A DNA stretch of 64,000 bases from an uncultured bacterium (GTDB lineage: Bacteria; Babelota; Babeliae; Babelales; Vermiphilaceae). Location: NCBI GenBank assembly GCA_963702025.1, contig OY969699.1:1472001-1536000 (forward strand), read 5' to 3'. The translations under genes and the position numbers were made by a program. This document shows, piece by piece, positions 31,292-44,076 of this stretch (its first letter is position 1; every line of letters begins with the position of its first letter). The notes below the pieces were generated by a model, which was given only the letters and a program-made list of their open reading frames with translations, made no database searches and had not been told where the DNA came from.

Positions 31292-32335
31292 ATGAAAAAA
31301 ATAACGATAAGACAGTTAGTTGTTCTGATTATTACTTTTTTTATCTGCTGCGGCGATTCTCCTATTGATCAGGTACCCACACAAAATTACACCGATAGAA
31401 TTCTTCCCGAGAGAGTCAATAATAATTTATTCTTCAACACACAATTTTTAGGCCAATATGAGCAGGTTGCCAATACATTAATTTCGCAAAAAGGCTTTCA
31501 AGAAGTCTATTTTCTTTCTTCTGACAACGTCTGTTTAAACGGCTTATGGCGCCAGAGCACCGATTCTCCTTATACCATTATATTTTGCGCAGGCTTTTAT
31601 CCGGGCCGCAAAGAGGGATTAGCTTCATTTGTAGAAATTGCTCCACCCGATTGCAATATATTATTCTTCGACGCACGGGGGCACGGAAAAAGCAACGGAA
31701 GATTTTTTAGCAATATTCACAACTACGGCATTGATGAATATAAGGATATTATCGGCGCCGTTGAGTTTGTAAAAAAAGAAACAAATGGGCCGATATTTAT
31801 TCACGGCATTTGTGCCGGTGCATTTAACGCGGCACATGCACTCGCGCAAATAAGTGCGCAAGAATATCGGGTTAAGGGATTAATTTTTGATAGCGGAATA
31901 ATTTCAATCCCTGAAGCATGCCATGTACCCGAGAAATATTTTTGCCAAAAAATAATTCCCACAATGCTCATGAATTTTTTTCCAAAAGATACTAAGGAAA
32001 CTATAAAAGAACGATTCCTCTATAAAGTGCTGGCATTTACCACTGGCACTCTCATGAACCTTGCCACTATTTTAATTAAACCATTGCTCCAATCAAATGA
32101 ATCACAAACAAAACTCACTGCGGATCATTTGAATAAAATTCAATGCCCTATTTTCTTTATTCACTCAAACGATGATTCATATTGCCCATTACAAAACATC
32201 CAAGATCTAACGGAAAAAGTACCGTGCAAAACATGTTGGTGGATCAATCAATCAGAGCATGCGCTTAATCATATTAAACATAAAAATGAGTATCAAAAAC
32301 AGCTGAATATGTTTTTATCGAGTATGCTTGTTTAG
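31292..32335 (+). CDS. Exported alpha/beta hydrolase with Cys at the nucleophile elbow
   Basis: FDARGHGKS, HGICAGA, HSNDDS, EHA motifs. Confidence 0.8.
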   Translation: MKKITIRQLVVLIITFFICCGDSPIDQVPTQNYTDRILPERVNNNLFFNTQFLGQYEQVANTLISQKGFQEVYFLSSDNVCLNGLWRQSTDSPYTIIFCAGFYPGRKEGLASFVEIAPPDCNILFFDARGHGKSNGRFFSNIHNYGIDEYKDIIGAVEFVKKETNGPIFIHGICAGAFNAAHALAQISAQEYRVKGLIFDSGIISIPEACHVPEKYFCQKIIPTMLMNFFPKDTKETIKERFLYKVLAFTTGTLMNLATILIKPLLQSNESQTKLTADHLNKIQCPIFFIHSNDDSYCPLQNIQDLTEKVPCKTCWWINQSEHALNHIKHKNEYQKQLNMFLSSMLV

Positions 32336-33144
32336 TACAAATACTCATAGGCAAATATAATAGCTTTTTGCGTAGTGCCATTATTTTGATATTTGACCGT
32401 AACCGGAACATTTGCCGGAATCGAAGAAGCTCCTAATGAGGACTGTCCCAAAATATATGTTTGTGGTGGACCAAATTCAAAGTTAGATATCGGTCGGACG
32501 GTGAGACCTACAACCGTTGGCGTTGCTACCGCATAATTATTGGGCGATGCTACTTCCATTGTCACTGTATTATTAATCGTATCTATAGCAATTATCCTAC
32601 CCAGATCATCAGTATTGGTGCCATCACTTAATATAATACAATAACCAACCATACTATTTGTTATCACCGAAGGAGAAACATTAATTATGGTGTCGCCAAC
32701 ATTAACATCGTGCGTGATGGTACCAATGGGTAGATTTGATGGAATTTCAACAGTAACCTTGTCACCTTGATTAGTACTATCTGTGGTGAAGCTTGCTTGA
32801 AGTAATGAAACATTGAAGGGCCAGGACATTTGAGCTGTAGTCATCCCGGGTCCAGTAGCAGTCAGAGTAAACGTTTCAGCTCTAAAATTACCACCGGTAG
32901 GCACTGATTCTTGTTGAATTTTTACTTCATTACTCGCTATCTGATCCACTATTGATATGCTATTGGGGTTAATCACATGCGCGGTGTTATTTGGGCAAGT
33001 GGTTGGCGCAACGGTGTTCCATTCATACACGTTTTGAGCTTCAGTGATACAATAAATACGGTATTGATACACAACGCTCGGCGTGTCAGCAAAGCCTACA
33101 CTGATACCCAAAATAAATAACAATCCTATTTCTTTAAACTTCAT
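32332..33144 (-). CDS. Secreted beta-rich hypothetical protein, last gene of the fibre cluster
   Basis: Signal peptide; Thr/Asn/Val-rich; YRIYC..E....W...PTTCPNN.AH motif. Confidence 0.7.
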   Translation of the reverse strand: MKFKEIGLLFILGISVGFADTPSVVYQYRIYCITEAQNVYEWNTVAPTTCPNNTAHVINPNSISIVDQIASNEVKIQQESVPTGGNFRAETFTLTATGPGMTTAQMSWPFNVSLLQASFTTDSTNQGDKVTVEIPSNLPIGTITHDVNVGDTIINVSPSVITNSMVGYCIILSDGTNTDDLGRIIAIDTINNTVTMEVASPNNYAVATPTVVGLTVRPISNFEFGPPQTYILGQSSLGASSIPANVPVTVKYQNNGTTQKAIIFAYEYLY

Positions 33145-33154
33145 TGTAATCCCT

Positions 33155-34828
33155 TTATATATTGGTAATCTTTACCGTTGTATAAACTTCATCACCAAAA
33201 CCCCCTGCTATCCCAAAGCCATCATTTGCTTCAGTGACTGTGCACTGATGTTGTATGGCAAGAGTGGTAACCTTATTTATGAGTATATTCGTTTCAATCA
33301 GCGAATAGGTAGCACCGCCAGAGCTATTCGCAATTGCAGAAGAACCGTAGGCAATAGTTGATCCATCAGTTATATTTTGCAAACGTACTTGGTGTAGCCC
33401 TACTTTATATGCCGGAGCGCTAATTTGAATAGTATAGGTTCCTGGCTGCAAAGTAATTTGATTTGATCCAAGAGAAATAGTGCTTGCTATTGCGGATATG
33501 ACTGTTAAATCTCTTGTCTGCCAAGCCCCTGCGGTAAAAGTACCGCCATTTGTTCCAGTTGATTTTTGGTCAGAGATAAAAACAGGAACAGAACTATTGG
33601 CCCCCGCAGGATCATCAACCACTCCGAGCACCCCCCATGAAGTATCCAAAGCACCTGCTGCTGTATATCTGGCCACCATAATATCACTATCATTCATGCC
33701 GATGGCAACAATATCACCATCACTTTGAATCAAGCAATCAACCCCTTGCGCATTCGATAGCAGTGCTATACCGTTGCTCCCAAAAGAATTATCTAATGAG
33801 CCGGCAGTGGTATACTGCAACACAGCCAAATTACTATCGGAAAAACCAGTAACCACTAAAGATCCATCCGCTTGAAGTGCTACCGCATTTGCTAAAGCGG
33901 TAGATCCTACTGTTTGCAATGTGATCCCACTGGCTCCAAACGTTGTATCTAAAGAGCCACTCGAAGCATAACGGGCAATAAAAGTATTTGTGTCGGAATA
34001 ACCGACACCGATAATATTTTCATTTGCATCAAGCACAATACAATTTAAAGCAGATTCCGAACCCGAAACAGTAGTTACGATACCGTTGATTCCAAAGGAA
34101 TTATCTAGCGTTCCATCGGTATTATAACGAGCGAGTGCAACCTCCCATGCGGAATTTATACGTGCAAACCCACCCACAATAATTTGCCCATTACTCTGAA
34201 TTACCACTGATTGCGCGCAAGCGCCAATGCCAATCTGAGTAGTAACAATACCACCGGCACCAAACGTTGTATCAAGAATACCTGCAGAGGTAAAGCGCAT
34301 AAGAATAAATTGCGATACCCCATTAAGCACTCCTGCACCGGCAACAATAATATTTCCATCAGTTTGCAATGCGCAAGAATAGGCCGAACACCCTCCGCCA
34401 ACCGCTTGCGTTACAATGCCGCTGCTGTTTTGCCCGAAGGTAGTATCCAATGAACCGTCCGTATTATATCGCGCTACTGCAAACTGAGCGCTATTATCTA
34501 ATAATGCAAATCCTGCTACTACTAAGTTGCCATCGCTTTGCAGCGCAATAGAAGTTGCTTGCGCGCTTGATCCTATAGCAGTGGTAACAAGTCCATTTGA
34601 ATTTGAACTGAAGGAACTATCAAAAGAACCATCCGTATTGTAACGATTTACCAAGAACTGCTGGCTATTTCCAATTGTGGCATTTCCAACAACAACAACT
34701 TTGCCATCGCTTTGCAAGACCCCAGCCTGCGATTGTGCCACAGAAATAGTTGGCACCGCGCAATGAACTGAATTAAAAAAAAGCAAAACAAACAATTTTT
34801 TAATAATACCTTTGATCTTCATCGTCAC
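33155..34828 (-). CDS. Delta-60 repeat protein with phage-fibre-like C-terminal domain
   Basis: Repeats Q.DG.IV.AG..ARYN.DG.LD.TFG..G.V; C-terminus DQKSTGTNGGTFTAGAWQTRDL..ITLQPGTY. Confidence 0.85.
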   Translation of the reverse strand: MTMKIKGIIKKLFVLLFFNSVHCAVPTISVAQSQAGVLQSDGKVVVVGNATIGNSQQFLVNRYNTDGSFDSSFSSNSNGLVTTAIGSSAQATSIALQSDGNLVVAGFALLDNSAQFAVARYNTDGSLDTTFGQNSSGIVTQAVGGGCSAYSCALQTDGNIIVAGAGVLNGVSQFILMRFTSAGILDTTFGAGGIVTTQIGIGACAQSVVIQSNGQIIVGGFARINSAWEVALARYNTDGTLDNSFGINGIVTTVSGSESALNCIVLDANENIIGVGYSDTNTFIARYASSGSLDTTFGASGITLQTVGSTALANAVALQADGSLVVTGFSDSNLAVLQYTTAGSLDNSFGSNGIALLSNAQGVDCLIQSDGDIVAIGMNDSDIMVARYTAAGALDTSWGVLGVVDDPAGANSSVPVFISDQKSTGTNGGTFTAGAWQTRDLTVISAIASTISLGSNQITLQPGTYTIQISAPAYKVGLHQVRLQNITDGSTIAYGSSAIANSSGGATYSLIETNILINKVTTLAIQHQCTVTEANDGFGIAGGFGDEVYTTVKITNI

Positions 34829-34886
34829 CTACCCACATTATTACCTGCTGCTCGCCAGTTCAAGGCGAGCAGCAGCTTATTATTTC

Positions 34887-36962
34887 TTACGACCCTATTG
34901 CCACATAATTAAAGTTAGTATTTATTAATGCTGAGTTGCCAACAACCGCAGAAGTGCTGCCCACACTCGCAACGCTCAACGATCCTACGGCGCCGCCCAT
35001 TACTTGAGTAAAAATAAGTGGCGCATTTGCAAATCCGGCGGCAGTATAATCAATGGTAACGCTGCCCGACAAACCGGTATTTGCGCTGCCGGTAAATACT
35101 TTTACGAATGAATTTTGTGGTGAGCCAAGCGCATAGAGTGTTTCATTTGCCGTATTAAAAATGAGATCTCCGGTTGTAGTAATATCGCCGACCACCGATT
35201 CTCCACCACCATTTACCGCAAGACCAACACCAGAAAGTGGCGCTCCTACAGCAACGTTACCAGATGGATTTATCGAAAGGTAACCTGCCCCATTTGTACT
35301 CAATGTTAACGTATTGGACACTGAGGATAATCCCGAATTGGTGCTGCCGCTAAACTGCAGTGAAGGAACATTTGGAGTTCCGGCAGGCAAGATCAATGAA
35401 CCGGTCATAGTATCGCCAGCCTTTAAAAGATTGCCCGAAGCAGTGCCAAGAACGCTTCCTTGCAATGTTGCATAGACCCGATTGGCGTAAAAACTACCCA
35501 CTGCGTCACGAGCAACAATGGCACCGGCAGTATTTAAGTTTGTAGCGCTTGTTGCTTGGTTAAGAACTTTGCCCGGCGTTTGAATTATTCCTAATTTTGT
35601 ATCTTCAATTCCCGCATTCACATTAATATCCGAATCCATTATCGAGTTACTCAGATTTAATTTTGAATAGGCAATATTGGCATATTCATCAATATTAATA
35701 TCGGTTATGCCATAAATATCTGCTCCGGCATTGTTGGGAGCAATCACAATACCCTGCACGCCAAATGTAGTATCCAATGAGCCGTCGGTATTATAGCGCG
35801 CCAGACCATAGTTACTACCGGCAGAGCCCGCTGCAACTATCTGACCATCTGATTGAATAACAACTCCCTGTGCGGCATCAGGGCCCGCTAAAACTGTTGT
35901 AACATACCCGACTGATCCGAAATTTGTATCTATTGATCCATCAGTATTAAACCGCGCCACGGCAAAATAGGAATCAGAAAAACCTGCAGCTATAATTTGG
36001 CCATTTTCTTGTAAAGCAATGCCGTTAATTTGCGCATATGAACCAATGGGTTGTATAACAATACCATTATTGCCAAAACTGGTATCAACCGATCCGTCAG
36101 CGTTGTAACGGACCAGTCCAAAATTATTCCCGGAACTACCACCCACAATAATTTGTCCATTACTTTGCAATACCAGAGAATAAGCTTCATCACCAAGACC
36201 GGTTGGCGTTGAAACAACACCATTGTTTCCAAAATTGCTATCCAAAGAACCATCGGTATTCAAACGCACCAAAACAAAACTCTGCAAACCATTAATAACT
36301 GAAAAGCCACCAGTAATAATTTGTTGATTTGATTGAATTGCTATAGCATTAGACGCTGAAATGTTTCCAACCTCGACAATTGTACTGCCATTAGAGCCAA
36401 AACTGGTATCAAGGATCCCATCGCTAGTATACCGGGCAACTAATATCTCGGGAGTACCATTGACCACAACAGCACCCGCAACCACTAATGATCCGTCATC
36501 TTGCATCACCAAACCGTTCCCATTGGCACCATCACCAAATGCAGTAAATGTAGTACCACCGGTGCCAAATGTATTATCTAAATTCCCGCTTGTATCAAAT
36601 CGCGCAATGAGCAATTCGCTCACGCCATTCACAATACCGCTACCAACAATAACACTGTTATTATTAGAATCAATAAGCAAAGCATTGGCATTAACCTGCG
36701 TAGTGCCCAAAATTGTTGTTACAAAACCATTATTTCCATAGGTAAGATCAAGTTGACCGGATGTGGTGTAACGTGCTATACCAATTTCTGCGTTATTATC
36801 AATTTGCGCATTACCGGCCGCAACAATAGTGCCATCACTTTGCAAACCTATCGCTTGGGCATTGCCACTATCAAAGGTTGCTCTAAGATCTTTATTGACC
36901 AAAATGAATGATAGCAAGAAAAGTAATGTAGTTAAATTTTTCTTAAAAAACATTTTTTCCAC
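34887..36962 (-). CDS. Delta-60 repeat protein with tail-fibre-like stalk and tip
   Basis: About 7 delta-60 repeats, then IAYSKLNL / AIVARD / GDTMTG / PSLQF motifs; ends NYVAIGS. Confidence 0.85.
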   Translation of the reverse strand: MEKMFFKKNLTTLLFLLSFILVNKDLRATFDSGNAQAIGLQSDGTIVAAGNAQIDNNAEIGIARYTTSGQLDLTYGNNGFVTTILGTTQVNANALLIDSNNNSVIVGSGIVNGVSELLIARFDTSGNLDNTFGTGGTTFTAFGDGANGNGLVMQDDGSLVVAGAVVVNGTPEILVARYTSDGILDTSFGSNGSTIVEVGNISASNAIAIQSNQQIITGGFSVINGLQSFVLVRLNTDGSLDSNFGNNGVVSTPTGLGDEAYSLVLQSNGQIIVGGSSGNNFGLVRYNADGSVDTSFGNNGIVIQPIGSYAQINGIALQENGQIIAAGFSDSYFAVARFNTDGSIDTNFGSVGYVTTVLAGPDAAQGVVIQSDGQIVAAGSAGSNYGLARYNTDGSLDTTFGVQGIVIAPNNAGADIYGITDINIDEYANIAYSKLNLSNSIMDSDINVNAGIEDTKLGIIQTPGKVLNQATSATNLNTAGAIVARDAVGSFYANRVYATLQGSVLGTASGNLLKAGDTMTGSLILPAGTPNVPSLQFSGSTNSGLSSVSNTLTLSTNGAGYLSINPSGNVAVGAPLSGVGLAVNGGGESVVGDITTTGDLIFNTANETLYALGSPQNSFVKVFTGSANTGLSGSVTIDYTAAGFANAPLIFTQVMGGAVGSLSVASVGSTSAVVGNSALINTNFNYVAIGS

Positions 36963-37027
36963 CTGAAAAATCTTTCTTTTATTTTTTATTCAAAAACACA
37001 CACAAAAAATTAGTTAAGCAAACCCTC

Positions 37028-39142
<2,115 letters not shown>

Positions 39143-39294
39143 TTATAAAAGAGAAAAATTCCTTACTCTTATAATTATTAGCTTATTTAATGTTCATTGT
39201 GCAAGAGCAAAAGAAAGGGCAGCAACTTAACGCTGTGCCCGTACCCATTTGGGTTGCTCGAAATTAGCCTCAGAAGTAATTCACCCAGAAGATC

Positions 39295-41868
39295 TTAAGC
39301 AACTTGCCGAATTTTTGTCCCGAGATTTCCATAAGCGATACCTCCAAAGCCACCTGAGCTAATAGCAGCGTCAAGATTAGCCTGTGTTAATGATATGCTG
39401 GTGTTCCATACTCCCGGATTTACTGTTAAATTAAAAGCATTTGCTGTAGTAGCACCATCGAGAGTGAGTCCCGATAATTTTAATAATGCGGCACTCGCAG
39501 TGGTCCCTGAATATCCCAGATCTCCACCGACATGCACATTAATTGCTCCAGCACCCCAAAGGGCAGCTACTCCATAATATGCATCATTAGTAACATACAC
39601 TTGTGCGTTTCCACCGCCTATATTACTAATATTTGGAATATCCATATTACCATTCCAAAATGCAGTTCCGACAATTACAAGCCCTTGAATATTTTGAAAT
39701 GGCGCATTAATTGCAACATCTCCATCAAGTAAAAGACTTGAGCCTGATGAATTAGTATCAAATTCTGTTCCAACTGAACCACCAAACAAGTAGGCAGCGC
39801 TATAGATTTCTCCGCCACCGAGCCAGGAATTTGTTGCTACCGAACCGGATCCGGATAATCCAAGAAGTTGATTATAGGTTGTATCACAACGCGATTCCAG
39901 TAAAAAGGTGAATGTTTGTGTAAATGTATTATCATATCCGCCTAATCCGCTCGGACCGACGATCCAAAGATGAGATAGCATAGAGGTATATTGACTAATG
40001 CTGATTGGACTAAAATTAATCAAATATATTTTGGTAGGTTTATATATAACATAATTATCACCGGAATTAATGGTCACAAAAGCGGGCGATGAATTATTCA
40101 GTGATCCTTGCGCTAAAGGCTCAGTAATAACGGCTGTACTGGATCCTAAATCCGCATCGACCCAAAACCAAGCATTTGCTGTGGTATCATTCACAAGATA
40201 ACCAACCCACTGTGTCCAAAAATTTGTCGATTGTGAGCTATCAATTACATTCCACCGCTGTCCTGTCGTTCTATTTTTAGCAACAATACTTGAAAATGTA
40301 CCCGATGCAACTTGCGTAAGCTGACCCGTAAAAGTTAAAATTCCATCGTTTATCATCTGCCCGGTGAATGCAACCGGATCAGAAAAATCGGGTTGATCAT
40401 TTAAGAATGTTACCGTTGTGGATTGTGGCAGAATTGGATCCGTTCCCCCCCACCGAGTAAGAAGTTCTTTATAGGTTCTAATAGGGGTCACTGAGGTAAG
40501 TCCACTATTTGCATCATTGCCATTAACTGGGTCAATAAACCATGCAGCCTGTAATAAATTAGGATTTACTACAGGATTGAATGAATTGTTTCCCGCGATA
40601 ACGGTCTGTATGTTCACTAACGGCGGTTGAGTTGCTATACCATTAATGCCCCATGAATTATCAATAATACCAGAGCCGCCATATGCAACTAATAAATACT
40701 CCTCGCTTGCATATCCAACAATAAGAATATCTCCATTACTTAATATTTGTACGGCATTGCCAACATTTACATTTTGGTAGATTGATAGTGCGTATCCAAC
40801 CGTATTGAATGTTGTATCCAAACTGCCGGTACTGGTATAACGGAGTACTATCAAATAATTATCTGAAAATCCAGTAACAATCAGATTACCGCTTGAATCA
40901 ATGGTTACTGCATAAGCTTGCGCTTGACTGCCAATACCGGTAGTAACAATACCATTGGTTCCAAAAGACGAATTTAAAACTCCTGCACTGGTATAATTAG
41001 CAAGACAAATTGAATTGTCTGAATTGCCAACGACAATAATATCTCCATTCGATTGAATCGCTACCCCCTGCGCTTGGGAAATTGTACCAATTTGCGTAGT
41101 TATTACTCCCGGTTGTGCTCCGGAACTATTAAAAGTAGTATCCAACGAACCATCGGTATTAAAACGAGCCACAGCAATCTCATTATTGCCATATGAAGCA
41201 TAGCCCGCAACCACAATTTTACCATCCGCAGGTTGTAAAGCGATCGCGTTAACTTTAGAACGATTGCCTATCGGTAGCGCCACGGTTCCGGGTAATGACC
41301 CACTACTATTGAATGATGAGTCAAGAGCACCAGCGGTTGGCGTATAACGAGCAACAAAAAATTGTGGGGTGCCATTATCAGTAGTAACGCCAGCTACAAC
41401 GCTACTGCCACTTGAATCAATAGCAATTGCATTGCCACTCGATCCAGCGCCAATAGATGTTGTAACAATACCACCGGCACCAAATGATGTATCAAGAGAA
41501 CCATCGGTATTATAGCGAGCAAGCGCTACTTGAGTAGTTCCATTGGAAATAGTATAGCCAACAACAACACTTAGTCCATTTGATTGAAGGGCAATATCCA
41601 ACCCATTTGCCGTATCGCCAATAGAGGTAGTTGTTATTCCATTACCATTAAATGTTGTATCCAGTTTACCAGTACTTGTGTAGCGGGCAACTACAAATTG
41701 ATCAGTATTATTAATGGCCGCTGTTCCAGCTGCAAGAATACTTCCATTAGATTGAACGGCGCATCCTGACGCTTGAGCTCCGCTAACATAAGCTGCCGGT
41801 AGTTTTATGGTACTGACACACAACAAAATGCAAAAAATTTGAAAAAACAACTTTGATACCCTCATCAC
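39295..41868 (-). CDS. Delta-60 repeat protein with large beta-rich (tailspike-like) C-terminal region
   Basis: Delta-60 repeats, then WFIDPVNGNDANSGLTS..PIRT and about 400 Gly/Asn/Ser-rich residues. Confidence 0.8.
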   Translation of the reverse strand: MMRVSKLFFQIFCILLCVSTIKLPAAYVSGAQASGCAVQSNGSILAAGTAAINNTDQFVVARYTSTGKLDTTFNGNGITTTSIGDTANGLDIALQSNGLSVVVGYTISNGTTQVALARYNTDGSLDTSFGAGGIVTTSIGAGSSGNAIAIDSSGSSVVAGVTTDNGTPQFFVARYTPTAGALDSSFNSSGSLPGTVALPIGNRSKVNAIALQPADGKIVVAGYASYGNNEIAVARFNTDGSLDTTFNSSGAQPGVITTQIGTISQAQGVAIQSNGDIIVVGNSDNSICLANYTSAGVLNSSFGTNGIVTTGIGSQAQAYAVTIDSSGNLIVTGFSDNYLIVLRYTSTGSLDTTFNTVGYALSIYQNVNVGNAVQILSNGDILIVGYASEEYLLVAYGGSGIIDNSWGINGIATQPPLVNIQTVIAGNNSFNPVVNPNLLQAAWFIDPVNGNDANSGLTSVTPIRTYKELLTRWGGTDPILPQSTTVTFLNDQPDFSDPVAFTGQMINDGILTFTGQLTQVASGTFSSIVAKNRTTGQRWNVIDSSQSTNFWTQWVGYLVNDTTANAWFWVDADLGSSTAVITEPLAQGSLNNSSPAFVTINSGDNYVIYKPTKIYLINFSPISISQYTSMLSHLWIVGPSGLGGYDNTFTQTFTFLLESRCDTTYNQLLGLSGSGSVATNSWLGGGEIYSAAYLFGGSVGTEFDTNSSGSSLLLDGDVAINAPFQNIQGLVIVGTAFWNGNMDIPNISNIGGGNAQVYVTNDAYYGVAALWGAGAINVHVGGDLGYSGTTASAALLKLSGLTLDGATTANAFNLTVNPGVWNTSISLTQANLDAAISSGGFGGIAYGNLGTKIRQVA

Positions 41869-41942
41869 ATATCCTAAGATCTTAGAAGATTTAGCATTTT
41901 TTAGGGCGGTAGTCGTTTCAAACTACCGCCCCGATTTCATAT

Positions 41943-44054
41943 CTAAACACCTATAGCAAGATAATTAAACGGGACACTCAATACGGCACCACTTAATACT
42001 GATGCGGTCGTAGCCGTTATTGAATTGAGTCCCAAAATACCAACAATGCCACCTATTGAAGTAAGATAAATCAAAGGGGCACTGGTAAATCCTGCGGCAG
42101 AATAATTTATAGTTATCGTACCGGTGAGTCCTGTATTACCGGTTCCGGTATATATTTTAACTAAAGGTCCTTGAGTACTGCCAACTGCATTCAAGGTTGT
42201 TGCGCTCGTATTAAATAATATATTATCGGAACTTGACACATTGCCGGTTATCAGAGCACCACCACCATCAATAGTTAATCCTACTTCTGAAGAACCGGGA
42301 GTAGCAATGGTCACCGCCCCATTTGCATCTATGGAAAGCGCGCCAACACCATTAGTGCTTAGGGTTAAAATATTTGATGCAGCAGATAACCCAACATTAG
42401 TATTGCCAGTAAACTGCAGTGAAGGATTTGCAGCACTTCCGCCGGGAAGCACTAATGATCCGGTCATCGTATCGCCAGCGACAAGAACGTTATTGGATGC
42501 ACTACCCGTAACATCGCCCACCAAATCAGCCGTAATCACATTTGCGCTGAAATTACCTAAAGAATCACGCGCAACAATTGCGCCGGCAGTGTTTGTTGAA
42601 GTTGCCGTTGTAGCAGAATTTAAAACCTTTCCGGGCGTTTGGATCGTAGCCAATTTAGTATCCTGAATATTGGCACTGGTATTAATATCACTATCAACAA
42701 TGCTATTGGTAAGATCAAGCTGCGAATATTCAATGCCAGCGTTTGCTGCTAAATTGGCTGAAGTTAATCCAGTAATATCTGCCACTGAAGAACTATTTGG
42801 AAAAGCGGTAAAACCATTCGTTCCAAAAGTAGTATCGAGTGATCCATCGGTATTATAACGTGCAAGAAGAGCATTAGTGCTTGCATAACCACCAATTATA
42901 ATTTGACCACTGCTATTAAGCACCACAGTATTTGCAGCCGTACCCAAACCGGAGGAGTCCACAACAACACCCGGCTGATCACCACTACTATTAAAGGATG
43001 TATCCAGGGAGCCATCCGCAGCATTGTAACGAACAATTACAAATGAATTATCAGCAAGGCCGGCCGCAACGATATTTCCATCAGATTGAACCACCAAGCC
43101 ATTTACCTGAGCAAAAGATGCGCCACCAATTGCCGTTGTAACAATACCACTACTTCCAAATGCCGTATCAAGTGATCCATCAGAATTATAGCGAACCAAC
43201 ACAAAACTATTGCTGCCATTACCACCGCCAATAACAATTTGTCCATTGGATTGGATCACCAGAGCATAAGCGCCATTATTGCCGGCAGGGGTCAATACTG
43301 CTCCCGGCTGCACTCCACTCGAATTAAATGTTGTGTCCAATGAACCATCGGCATTATTAAATCGAGCAACGGTAAAACAAGAATTGCCGAATGTATCCTG
43401 CGCAAATCCGCCAACTAAAATCTGATCATCCGATTGCACAGCAACCGCGCGTCCGACTGATTGTTGCCCAATTTGAATGCTCACTACCCCACCTGAACCA
43501 AAAGAACTATCTAACGTACCATCGGTGTTACAGCGAGTTAGAGCGGTAACGGGAGAACCGCTCACTATAGCCACTCCTGCAGCAAGATATTGCCCGGTAG
43601 ATTGTAGAGCAACACCATTCGCTTGCCCACCATTTCCCACCAAATAAATATTATTTCCGGTACCGTTGAATGAAGTATCAGGGCTACCGTCAGTATTATA
43701 TAAAGCAATTGCAAAGTTCGTCGGAGGCACAATTGCATACCCTCCAACGAATGCTTCATTATTAGAAAGAAGAGTTAACCCATTGATTTCAGATTGGGTT
43801 GTACTTAATGCGGTGGCAACATAGCCGCTATTACCATAAGTAACATCAGGAATGCCAAAATTATTGTATCTGGCAATTGAAAATTGGACCAGGTCATTCA
43901 ATTCCACATAGCCGGCCCCAACAATGCTACCATCACTTTGAATTTGCACTGAAAAGATTTCAGCTGCGGTTACTCCCGGTGTCGCTGGTAGCTGAGAAGC
44001 AAAACCGGCAAGAAGGAGCAAAATAGACAATTTTTTTATCAAAAAAGTATTCAT
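41943..44054 (-). CDS. Delta-60 repeat protein with tail-fibre-like stalk and tip
   Basis: Full-length paralog of 34887 and 44077; ends NYLAIGV. Confidence 0.85.
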   Translation of the reverse strand: MNTFLIKKLSILLLLAGFASQLPATPGVTAAEIFSVQIQSDGSIVGAGYVELNDLVQFSIARYNNFGIPDVTYGNSGYVATALSTTQSEINGLTLLSNNEAFVGGYAIVPPTNFAIALYNTDGSPDTSFNGTGNNIYLVGNGGQANGVALQSTGQYLAAGVAIVSGSPVTALTRCNTDGTLDSSFGSGGVVSIQIGQQSVGRAVAVQSDDQILVGGFAQDTFGNSCFTVARFNNADGSLDTTFNSSGVQPGAVLTPAGNNGAYALVIQSNGQIVIGGGNGSNSFVLVRYNSDGSLDTAFGSSGIVTTAIGGASFAQVNGLVVQSDGNIVAAGLADNSFVIVRYNAADGSLDTSFNSSGDQPGVVVDSSGLGTAANTVVLNSSGQIIIGGYASTNALLARYNTDGSLDTTFGTNGFTAFPNSSSVADITGLTSANLAANAGIEYSQLDLTNSIVDSDINTSANIQDTKLATIQTPGKVLNSATTATSTNTAGAIVARDSLGNFSANVITADLVGDVTGSASNNVLVAGDTMTGSLVLPGGSAANPSLQFTGNTNVGLSAASNILTLSTNGVGALSIDANGAVTIATPGSSEVGLTIDGGGALITGNVSSSDNILFNTSATTLNAVGSTQGPLVKIYTGTGNTGLTGTITINYSAAGFTSAPLIYLTSIGGIVGILGLNSITATTASVLSGAVLSVPFNYLAIGV

Positions 44055-44076
44055 GGGATCCTTTTAATTATAAGGT

